32,000 nt of DNA from Candidatus Brocadia sp. (GTDB taxonomy: Bacteria; Planctomycetota; Brocadiia; Brocadiales; Brocadiaceae), in the NCBI GenBank assembly GCA_021650915.1, contig CP091279.1, forward strand, positions 1,200,001 to 1,232,000, given 5' to 3'. How positions within the stretch are numbered: the stretch's first letter is position 1; each line of letters begins with the position of its first letter. Positions 17,890-25,425 of this stretch are shown here, piece by piece. The notes below the pieces were generated by a model, which saw only the letters and a program-made list of their open reading frames with translations, searched no databases and was not told where the DNA came from. The translations under genes and the position numbers were made by a program.

Positions 17890-18789
17890 ATGAAAATTGA
17901 ATTGAGCACCATGTGTTTTCGCCAAGATGAGATTCACGCAAAGGTAAAGCGCTGCAGAGATGCCGTTGAATCGCAAGGATTTGAGTTTGGCATACAGTTG
18001 CACAACTCGGTCACAAGAGACCTGTACGACAAAATCAAAGGGCTTGACGTTCCGTTCACTATTCACGCCCCGGTGCTTTCAGACTACTTTATCAATCTTG
18101 CCCATAATGATTTTCAAACTGCCCTGGCGGCATTTGAAAATACCGCGTACGTTATGCAGTCACTGAAGTGTACCGTGGCATTATTTCACGGGTTTTTTAT
18201 GACTTCAAGACCCGTTAAAAACGATCCTAATAACTACAATAAGGTATTGCGTGAAGCTATTGACATGAAATACCGGCTCAACGATACGCGGGTCATGGAT
18301 CCAAAATTCCTGGAGACGGAAGAGTTCAAAAAGTATCGAGATACCGTGAAGACCCATATGAAACAGCTCAGAGAACGGTATGCAGCTTACACCATTTGCA
18401 TGGAAAACGATTTTCCCGGTATTGGAAACGGCAACCAGACACCTGAACATATGATATACCTCGATTGCCCAATCTGGCTCGATACAGGCCACCTGTGGGC
18501 ATCCGCCATTTTAAACAAGTTTGATTTTTACGAAGGACTGGAATCGCTTTGTAAAAACGGTCAGGTAATTGGCGTGCATCTGAATACCAATAGAACCCCG
18601 CTCACCTGGGATCTTAAATATCCGGACGGCGACACTCATTCGCACTTTTCTAAAAAATACGATATGGATATGGACAAAATCATTTCAGTTCTGAAAAGGA
18701 ACCACATCAGCCACTTTACCATCGAAATAATAGATGGAGACGTGGATGACATCACCTTTTTTATCGAAACGTACCAATCAGTCAATTAG
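17890..18789 (+). CDS. Xylose-isomerase-like TIM-barrel protein (sugar-phosphate isomerase/epimerase superfamily)
   Basis: MKIELSTMCF start, then ...TIHAP...ALFHGFF...ICMENDF...WLDTGHLWAS...IGVHLNTN. This spacing of metal-ligand-like H/E/D/H residues is typical of the AP-endo2/XylA-like fold. The ORF-track start at 17728 is an unlikely extension. Confidence 0.5.
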   Translation: MKIELSTMCFRQDEIHAKVKRCRDAVESQGFEFGIQLHNSVTRDLYDKIKGLDVPFTIHAPVLSDYFINLAHNDFQTALAAFENTAYVMQSLKCTVALFHGFFMTSRPVKNDPNNYNKVLREAIDMKYRLNDTRVMDPKFLETEEFKKYRDTVKTHMKQLRERYAAYTICMENDFPGIGNGNQTPEHMIYLDCPIWLDTGHLWASAILNKFDFYEGLESLCKNGQVIGVHLNTNRTPLTWDLKYPDGDTHSHFSKKYDMDMDKIISVLKRNHISHFTIEIIDGDVDDITFFIETYQSVN

Positions 18790-18898
18790 CTTGACAAAAT
18801 GAAATTTATTTGTATGATGCTAACTGCCGATCGTGTTGTTCTGTTTTGTACCATTGATTATAGTGAGGCAAGTATCCGCAGGATCTTGAATTCTTATC

Positions 18899-19918
18899 TT
18901 GAAACCTGTCCTTAAAATACTCATAGCGTCGGGGATTGCAATCTTTACCTTTTTAGTTATTATGGGACCCCTGACATACAGTACCCTTGTTCCCTCAATT
19001 CGAAATGAGTTCGCAAACCATTTGGTTTCCGTCCGTGAAATTAAAAAATTACAGATTCAAAATTTTTTCCAAAAAAAATATGGAGATATCCATGTCCTCT
19101 CAAAAAATCCCATCGTTGTTCAAAGTCTCCCCCGATTTTCAAACGCCTTTAAATCCGGTGGCTTCGATGACGCCGAGTACAAACAAGTGGACACCTATTA
19201 CGGCCCCCTGCTTGAACATTTTCTCAGGCAATACGGATATAATAACATATTCTTTGTAGATACGGACGGGAATGTGGTCTTCGGCGTCAAAAGAGATGAA
19301 TATATCGGAACGAACCTCTATAGCGGCGATTACAGTTCATTTACCATTGGTGAGGTATTCAAAGAGGGCTTAAGCAACGTAAAATTCTCTGATTTAGCGT
19401 GGTGCGAAGAGACAAAAGACTTCATATTCATGGGGGCCTCACCGGTATATGATATTACCAACAAGCTTTTAGGTGTTGTTATTTGCGAGACTCCTTACTC
19501 TGCTATCGACTCATTCTTATCCCAGACAGATGGACTGGGGGAGACCGGTGAGATTTACATCGTGGGCGATGACTATTTTATGCGCTCGAAATCGAGGTTT
19601 TTGACCCAAAATACCATCCTGAAACTCGAAATCAATACCCAGGGTGTGCAGGAGGCTCTGCGTGGAAACACCGATGTGAAGATAGTAAAGGATTATCGAA
19701 ATATCCCGGTACTCAGCGCCTATACGCCACTCGACAATCTGAGAGATGTCAACTGGGTGCTCCTGGTAAAGATTGATGTGAAAGAGGCATATCACCCCAT
19801 CCTCGCCGTTAAGACCGATTTGATAATTATTGGCGCTGTCATCGGAAGCATTACGGGCATCTACATCTATTTTACCGTCAGAAGACGTGCAAAAAGTATC
19901 CCTTTAACGCCGTCATAG
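18899..19918 (+). CDS. Membrane-anchored Cache-type extracytoplasmic sensor domain protein with no output domain
   Basis: TTG start. TM1 (ILIASGIAIFTFLVIMG), about 280-aa periplasmic region with Cache-like strands (NIFFVDTDGNVVFG, GEIYIVGDDYFMRS, PVLSAYTPL...NWVLLVKID), TM2, then only 12 residues (RRRAKSIPLTPS). Confidence 0.6.
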   Translation: MKPVLKILIASGIAIFTFLVIMGPLTYSTLVPSIRNEFANHLVSVREIKKLQIQNFFQKKYGDIHVLSKNPIVVQSLPRFSNAFKSGGFDDAEYKQVDTYYGPLLEHFLRQYGYNNIFFVDTDGNVVFGVKRDEYIGTNLYSGDYSSFTIGEVFKEGLSNVKFSDLAWCEETKDFIFMGASPVYDITNKLLGVVICETPYSAIDSFLSQTDGLGETGEIYIVGDDYFMRSKSRFLTQNTILKLEINTQGVQEALRGNTDVKIVKDYRNIPVLSAYTPLDNLRDVNWVLLVKIDVKEAYHPILAVKTDLIIIGAVIGSITGIYIYFTVRRRAKSIPLTPS

Positions 19919-21611
19919 AATAGATAGAGATGGGGTATTCCCTAAATTGAACCACTTCATTGTAGGCAAGCTTGCTGCTAGCTTCGTCTATCGCCCGTTT
20001 TTTCTTTTGAATTTCAACTCCCAGTTGGGCCAGATTCAATTTATTCAATTCACCGATCTGATGAAAACTACGTCTTTTTTCGTCTCCGTTACAAACCGCC
20101 ATCATCTCAAGCAATCTCCGTTTTTCTTTCACCCGGCTGATGAATCCCTCATCATGAAGAATCTCTTCCGGTGCGTACCGCTCGGGATTGTAGCTCATAT
20201 CCTTCAATTCGTGGTAGAGGGCCTGTACCGAACTCTCATCCACATCAAAGGAGTTCAGGGGCAAAAACAGGGTAGCAGAAATGGTGGCAAAAGACGGCGG
20301 AGAAACACCAAAGAACTCCCTGATAATTTCATCGGTAATGGTATCATATTTTGCTCCTCCAATCCCATGAATAAATAGGTCTGAAAAGAACAGACGAGAA
20401 AATATCGTTGCGGTAATTGCACGTGGCCGCAGCTTAACACCGGCATTCCTCAATTCTCTTAATATCGCTTTCTGTACCAGGAAACTATCACCCCTTTTTA
20501 GAGTAAGAACAACCGCCTCTCCGTCAGTAATCTCCAAAGACTCCCCTTCCTTCCTCAGATAACACCTTTTCCTCTGTTCACCTGCTTTCCACGCCCAAAA
20601 GGGCAATTCTACCGTATTCCCCGCAGTCTTCAGATCCGGAAGAGGATTTGCCTTTGAACGAATCTTGTGGATAGCCCGATATTCAGCTAATTTCTCATTA
20701 TAGATTTGAGCAAACCGCTCTGCCTCATAGACAAGATGTAACAAGAACTGACAAAAACCATCGGTATCGCACATCCAGGAAACGGGGATTTCCAGATTGT
20801 CCATACAAAAGTCTGTCTCCAAAGAACACCGTGCAGCGCTTAATAAACCAACCATATCTGTACAACCCCTCTGATAGCACTCCACAATGCAATTCATAAA
20901 ATCCTCAAACGTAGACCGCATCGATCCCATCGTGGTTTTCATCGTTTCGTCCGACACATTTTTTGTAAACAAGCTTAAAATTTCATCCCGGAATCGGAGT
21001 ATTGGTTCAATCCGATGAAAGGCAATCTCCTCATACGCAACAGCATCCATACCTTCTACCAATGCTATCTTCCGGATGTTTGGCAGCTCTTCTGACAAAA
21101 CCGGCATGTGCATGAAACCCATCTTGCAGGCATCGTTGTCTACAATCATATTTATCCCAATGCCACCCATCTTCGTGGCCAAATAGTGTGCGAGGTGGTT
21201 CTTTATCCATACCCCGGGATAGTAAAAAACCGGCTCATGTCCCGTCTGGATAATCGGAATATCCCTGATTACCGCATAATCCAGGTTATGCCCCTTCACG
21301 GATAACGTCTCTGGTGTTCCGTGCCGCGATACATCTTCCCCGCAACTGTTCTGCACATAACGGCTCGAACCTGGCGGATCTTTTTGAATCAGTGATTGAA
21401 TCCCTGCCGTATACCGAACCGCCATATGCAACAACTCCAACCGGGTCTTATCTCTCAACAGCGGCAAGGGAATGCCGTTGATTTCACCAGGATAACGATT
21501 TATGGTATGCTTATTTGCCAATATCGTTTCCGGAATACGGTGTAACGCCGGATCAACAAAGACCTCCTTGTTCTTCTTCGGTATGGTATAGGTAATATTT
21601 TTCATTGCCAT
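19878..21611 (-). CDS. Conserved-looking hypothetical protein, 577 aa
   Basis: Long ORF with normal composition. Motifs TGHEPVFYYPGVWIKNH and FIHGIGGAKYD look family-like but I cannot name the family. Its 3' end overlaps the convergent Cache gene by 41 nt. Confidence 0.6.
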   Translation of the reverse strand: MAMKNITYTIPKKNKEVFVDPALHRIPETILANKHTINRYPGEINGIPLPLLRDKTRLELLHMAVRYTAGIQSLIQKDPPGSSRYVQNSCGEDVSRHGTPETLSVKGHNLDYAVIRDIPIIQTGHEPVFYYPGVWIKNHLAHYLATKMGGIGINMIVDNDACKMGFMHMPVLSEELPNIRKIALVEGMDAVAYEEIAFHRIEPILRFRDEILSLFTKNVSDETMKTTMGSMRSTFEDFMNCIVECYQRGCTDMVGLLSAARCSLETDFCMDNLEIPVSWMCDTDGFCQFLLHLVYEAERFAQIYNEKLAEYRAIHKIRSKANPLPDLKTAGNTVELPFWAWKAGEQRKRCYLRKEGESLEITDGEAVVLTLKRGDSFLVQKAILRELRNAGVKLRPRAITATIFSRLFFSDLFIHGIGGAKYDTITDEIIREFFGVSPPSFATISATLFLPLNSFDVDESSVQALYHELKDMSYNPERYAPEEILHDEGFISRVKEKRRLLEMMAVCNGDEKRRSFHQIGELNKLNLAQLGVEIQKKKRAIDEASSKLAYNEVVQFREYPISIYSMTALKGYFLHVF

Positions 21612-21699
21612 TTTTTACCAACCCCGTTTAGATATGCCAAAGTTTACTCAGACTTCATATGCAACAAGGGAACACCAGTTACATCAGTTGAAGCACATA

Positions 21700-21800
21700 T
21701 TAAGGTCTCATAATTGTATTGATTCGTCGTATGCTTTCCTTCTCCAATATTGAAGCGCTAAACGGACAGCTTAATGTGTGTTCTATTATGAGACGATTAA
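21700..21800 (-). mobile_element. MITE-like element, copy B (101 bp, inverted relative to copy A; TA flanks at 21698-21699 and 21801-21802)
   Basis: Its reverse complement matches 431..532 except A/G at 493 vs 21738 and CCC vs CC near one end. Flanking DNA is unrelated. Confidence 0.75.
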
Positions 21801-21897
21801 TAATACCGGATACAGGACAGAGGATAGACACTTACCGGTTTTCGTGGGGGAAAAAAGACGTTAAGGGTTGAACAATCTTCTGGAAGTCGAAGCTGCT

Positions 21898-21951
21898 TTA
21901 CAAGATAAGAGTATATCTATTGTTGCATCTGGCGATCCGATAAACTTTCAT
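21898..21951 (-). pseudogene. Truncated RES-domain toxin remnant (17 codons)
   Basis: The ATG shares its A with the antitoxin stop (TAATG). Translation MKVYRIARCNNRYTLIL* resembles the usual RES N-terminus (M-x-[VL]-Y-R-[IL]...) and then stops. No GGRWN-type region follows in any frame. Confidence 0.45.
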
Positions 21952-22439
21952 TAAGAAAAAACACCATGTTCTATCCGTCCAAGTTCATCTAAAACCATAT
22001 CCGTTCTAAATTTCGAGATCAGCAAACTCATTGGGGTTTTGCCAGTTAGTGCTTTATTGGGATGATTCATCCACGCAAGAAACTTGTCTCTGTCCTCAAA
22101 TACTTCAGAGACTTTGGTGGCAACTTCGGCAATTTGCAGTATCTGCTCTGAAACATTGCGATTAAAGAGTTTTCCTGGAGTATATCGTTTGATTGTGCGC
22201 TCAGTTACAGGCAGGATCTGAGCCATCTGGTTGACTGAAAAAGAAAAGTATTTTGCCAAGGACATGAGAGCATCCTTCGTAACTCCCCGATTGCTTAATT
22301 CAACCAGATCCATTCTGTTCTTGATGCTCCTGCGGAGAACTTTTTTGCCCCCCCAATACCTTTTCAACAGCGGACAGTTCCATTCGAATAATCTCCATTC
22401 ATTTTCGCACCACAAAATTTGCCTCAAATATAACGTCAA
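21951..22439 (-). CDS. Xre/ParS-type antitoxin (HTH + DUF2384 toxin-binding domain); start uncertain (TTG 22439 or ATG 22313)
   Basis: ...NQMAQILPVTERTIKRYTPGKLFNRNVSEQILQIAEVATKVSEVFEDRDKFLAWMNHPNKALTGKTPMSLLISKFRTDMVLDELGRIEHGVFS matches the RES-Xre antitoxin pattern (HTH, then WL..pn.aLgG.tPlsll.t..G...V...L.rie.G.y.). Confidence 0.8.
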   Translation of the reverse strand: MTLYLRQILWCENEWRLFEWNCPLLKRYWGGKKVLRRSIKNRMDLVELSNRGVTKDALMSLAKYFSFSVNQMAQILPVTERTIKRYTPGKLFNRNVSEQILQIAEVATKVSEVFEDRDKFLAWMNHPNKALTGKTPMSLLISKFRTDMVLDELGRIEHGVFS

Positions 22440-22474
22440 AGATCCTTTATAGCAAGCATGCGTCTGACGTCAGA
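22427..22474 (-). promoter_or_regulatory. Candidate sigma70-type promoter plus 12-bp palindromic operator upstream of the antitoxin gene
   Basis: Minus strand: TTGCTA (22455-22450), 17-nt spacer, TATATT (22432-22427). The perfect palindrome TCTGACGTCAGA (22463-22474) lies just upstream of the -35. Confidence 0.3.
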
Positions 22475-22478
22475 GATG

Positions 22479-22520
22479 ATCTACGTTTCACCCGACGCGA
22501 ACGTCGGGTGAAACGTAGAT
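22479..22520 (-). terminator. Perfect 19-bp stem / 4-nt loop hairpin 19 nt downstream of the rnk stop (no U-tract)
   Basis: ATCTACGTTTCACCCGACG-CGAA-CGTCGGGTGAAACGTAGAT. On the minus transcript the loop is UUCG. It may be a terminator, an RNA-stability element or a REP-like element. Confidence 0.35.
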
Positions 22521-22539
22521 GTCCGCATCCCTCTTGACA

Positions 22540-22956
22540 CTATCGGTCGAAATGACCCGCAGCCTCGGGTTGGTAGATAACATTCACAATCCTGATTCGC
22601 CTTACCCCCGAAGGGACGGGCCATTCAACCACATCCCCTTCCCGATAACCAAGAATAGCCGTCCCGATAGGTGCAAGCACGGAGATTGCGCCTGAACTGG
22701 CATCTGCTTCGTTGGGGAAGACCAGCGCATACGTCTCCTCGTCCGAAGTGTCGAGATCGTGAAGAAGAACCTTCGAGTTCATCGTGACGACATTCGCGGG
22801 AATCTTCTTTGGCTCGACGATACTTGCCCGATCCAACTCAGCGGCCAGATCGTCAAGATCTTCTCGGGCATGCTCACCAAACTCGCGGGCGACTGCAATA
22901 AGCTCATCAAGCCGTTTCTTGTCGAACGCAGTGATGAATATCCGTCTATTTTTCAT
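22540..22956 (-). CDS. rnk: GreA/GreB-family regulator of nucleoside diphosphate kinase (Rnk-like)
   Basis: 138 aa. MKNRRIFITAFDKKRLDELI... N-terminus and C-terminal GreA/B-type domain (ISVLAPIGTAILGYREGDVVEWPVPSG). GAAGGAGG lies 5 nt upstream of the ATG at 22956. Confidence 0.75.
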   Translation of the reverse strand: MKNRRIFITAFDKKRLDELIAVAREFGEHAREDLDDLAAELDRASIVEPKKIPANVVTMNSKVLLHDLDTSDEETYALVFPNEADASSGAISVLAPIGTAILGYREGDVVEWPVPSGVRRIRIVNVIYQPEAAGHFDR

Positions 22957-23092
22957 CAACACCTCCTTCTGTTTGTCACGCACGAACGCCACGGCTCACG
23001 CGCCGGTTTAGGGCTGCCAAGCAGCAGAAAAACGGTCACGTACGGCCGCTTGTTATCGGTTATGACACAAAACACACCAAAATATTCACAGA

Positions 23093-23368
23093 TTAATCTT
23101 CGAGTTCAATTTCCGTGGCAAAGTACTTGCCGTCGCGGTACTCAAAGTCAACCTCAACCTTTTGACCCTCTTTCAGATCAGCAAACCCCTTCAAACCATC
23201 GTCATAGTCAGTAGACTGTGTCACAAAAAATTTAATCCCCTGAACAACAAAAGACTTTTCACTTTGATTGATTGATTCTATCCGGCCCTCCAGGTCATCC
23301 GCAAACGCGGAACTCAAACATAGGACAAGAAATAAGCTCACAATCAACACTTTGAAATAGTTTTTCAT
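23093..23368 (-). CDS. Small secreted protein, 91 aa (DUF5666-like beta-barrel pattern)
   Basis: Signal peptide MKNYFKVLIVSLFLVLCLSSAFA, then GRIESINQSEKSFVVQGIKFFVTQSTDYDDG...LKEGQKVEVDFEYRDGKYFATEIE. GAAGGAGG lies 6 nt upstream of the ATG. Confidence 0.6.
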   Translation of the reverse strand: MKNYFKVLIVSLFLVLCLSSAFADDLEGRIESINQSEKSFVVQGIKFFVTQSTDYDDGLKGFADLKEGQKVEVDFEYRDGKYFATEIELED

Positions 23369-23536
23369 GTCAAGCCTCCTTCACTAATATTAAGAAATAT
23401 AAATTACAATACAAAATGCAACATGTCGCAACCAATCCCCGTTTATCAAAACTACAACTCATTCTCCCCTTAGAAAATGGGGTGACGGAGGTTGTAAAAA
23501 CTTGCAAAAAAGGTACTAATTTAGTTTTTTAAAAAA

Positions 23537-23813
23537 TTTTGTAACAATCTAGCTTTTTGAAAAACTCCGTAACTATTCAGCGTATTTTCGCTCATAATCA
23601 CTACGAGTGAACAAAATAATGATTCTGTAATCCCGAAGGGATGACATGATTATAGCACATGGTTATGCAATTATGGCTAACCCCGTAGGGGTGGCATAGT
23701 ATCGCTATTTTCCCGATATTTCACCCATTACGGGGTTGAATAGGGTGGTGCTTTTTCTCTATAATCATGTCATCCCTTCGGGATTTTTCAAAAAACTACG
23801 TTGTTATAAAAAG
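23537..23813. repeat. Nested, interrupted long inverted repeat (foldback element)
   Basis: Perfect 27-bp arms at 23630-23656 and 23760-23786 flank a 103-nt core. Outer arms 23537-23564 vs 23787-23813 match 24/28. The outer arm is contiguous with the inner arm on the right but separated by about 65 nt on the left. Confidence 0.8.
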
Positions 23814-24109
23814 AGAAAGATTTTATACGGTAAGAATATAATTATATGTCTCATTATGAATAAGTCAATATACTAAGTCAATATGGGTATTGTTCTGGGT
23901 GTTGCAGTCAAGCACCCCTCCCTGCTGAAATATAACGGTTGGTATAAGTGGCTGTTGGGAGAGACAGATCCCGCCGTTGAAACGAGAAAAAACCCAAAGT
24001 CAGCGAGATACAAAACACGGTGTGTACCCACCTGTCCACGGCGCTTCTTATGGGGCGCGCTCACGGAATGCAAGACTAAATGTGAAAGGGGAAATCACTC
24101 TCGGCAATT

Positions 24110-25423
24110 TTAGTTTGGTTGTGGCTGCGTTTCAAGATAAATAAGCGCTTTGTCGTCGTTGTATGAAATCAATTCCGCATACCGTCCCCAGTTGATGAGA
24201 TTATCCAACTGTTTCTCGGCTTCATCTTCAGGGAATTCCAACTCCAAAGCGGTATGAATTATATCCCAATCCAAAGCGTGATTTTCCGAATTGGTTAGCA
24301 TAGTTGTAAGCCAACGCATCAAGGGAAGACGACGAATGCGCGTGGCAAATATCTCCTTGCGCGCCTGAATACCGGCTTCGGCAAAGGTTTCTCCAAGCGC
24401 GGTCAGGCTAATGTCACCTTTTTCAACTGTAGCAAATCCCAATATTTCAGCGGCTTCGGTAAGACTTAGGACGTGATACGAGTCAACGCCTAATTCATCC
24501 GGCAGGCGGTAGATATCAAAGCGGTTACCCGGCAGTTCGGATAGTTGCTCCAGCAGACCGGCCAGGTCTGAGATATTCACTTTTGGCAGTGCACGCGTGC
24601 GACCTTGTTCACCTGGGGCAGTTCCCAATTCAATGGCTTCGGCTTCCGTTTGCCCCGCCAGCATACTGTACACTTCATCAACAACTTTTTGAAACTCATT
24701 CGATTTGCGCTGACGCGGACGCCTCAACGCTATCTTCACTTCGGCAATGATTCGACCTGGCTCTTTATCCATAACCACAATGCGGTCAGCCATAAATACG
24801 GCTTCTTCGATATTATGGCTAACCATCAAAATGGCCTTGGTGGGGATGCTGCCGCTTGTCCATAATTCCATCAGTTCACCGCGCAGGGATTCGGCGCTCA
24901 AAACATCCAATGCGGAGAATGGTTCATCAAGGCAAAGCAATTCAGGTTCCACCGCCATTGCGCGCGCAAAGCCCACCTTTTGACGCATGCCACCCGACAA
25001 TTCCCGCGGATAAGCAGTTTCAAAACCATCCAAACCTACGCGGTCAATCAAATCCAGCGCGCGAGGAGTGCGAATATTGGAAGGAATACCGCGCGCCTTT
25101 AATGCCAAAGCCACATTTTCAAATACGGTCAGCCAGGGAAACAAGGCGAACGTTTGAAAAACAATCGTCGCGTGTGGATTGACGCTCTTTAATAACTGGC
25201 CACGATATAGCACTTGGCCTTCGGAGGGTTTTTGCAAACCCGTGATAATTCGCAATAACGTGCTTTTGCCACAGCCTGACGGTCCGATCAATGCCACGAA
25301 TTCTCCTTCGGAGATAGTTAAGTTAACCTCCTGCACGGCGATGAATCGGCGCCGTCCGCTAGTGTAAATTTGCTGGACATGACGCAATTCGAGCAATGCG
25401 TTGTTAGTGTGGTTGACTGCCAT
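24110..25423 (-). CDS. ABC transporter ATPase (nitrate/sulfonate/taurine NitT/TauT type) with about 170-aa C-terminal extension
   Basis: Walker A GPSGCGKST, signature LSGGMRQKV, Walker B LLCLDEPFSALD, H-loop VSHNIEEA. The extra C-terminal domain (...NISDLAGLLEQL...LGFATVEKGDISLT...) resembles the 'AAA-associated' domain of this subfamily. Confidence 0.85.
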   Translation of the reverse strand: MAVNHTNNALLELRHVQQIYTSGRRRFIAVQEVNLTISEGEFVALIGPSGCGKSTLLRIITGLQKPSEGQVLYRGQLLKSVNPHATIVFQTFALFPWLTVFENVALALKARGIPSNIRTPRALDLIDRVGLDGFETAYPRELSGGMRQKVGFARAMAVEPELLCLDEPFSALDVLSAESLRGELMELWTSGSIPTKAILMVSHNIEEAVFMADRIVVMDKEPGRIIAEVKIALRRPRQRKSNEFQKVVDEVYSMLAGQTEAEAIELGTAPGEQGRTRALPKVNISDLAGLLEQLSELPGNRFDIYRLPDELGVDSYHVLSLTEAAEILGFATVEKGDISLTALGETFAEAGIQARKEIFATRIRRLPLMRWLTTMLTNSENHALDWDIIHTALELEFPEDEAEKQLDNLINWGRYAELISYNDDKALIYLETQPQPN

Positions 25424-25425
25424 AA

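Noticed and set aside
23863-23885. Direct repeat AAGTCAATAT-ACT-AAGTCAATAT
   Set aside because: It is a real tandem 10-mer, but only two units in an AT-rich spacer with no adjacent replication or recombinase gene. That is insufficient to call an iteron or binding site.
23873-24113. 66-aa (-) and 76-aa (+) ORFs downstream of the ABC ATPase
   Set aside because: They overlap each other on opposite strands, lack SD sequences and have odd compositions. The stretch may instead be decayed coding DNA.
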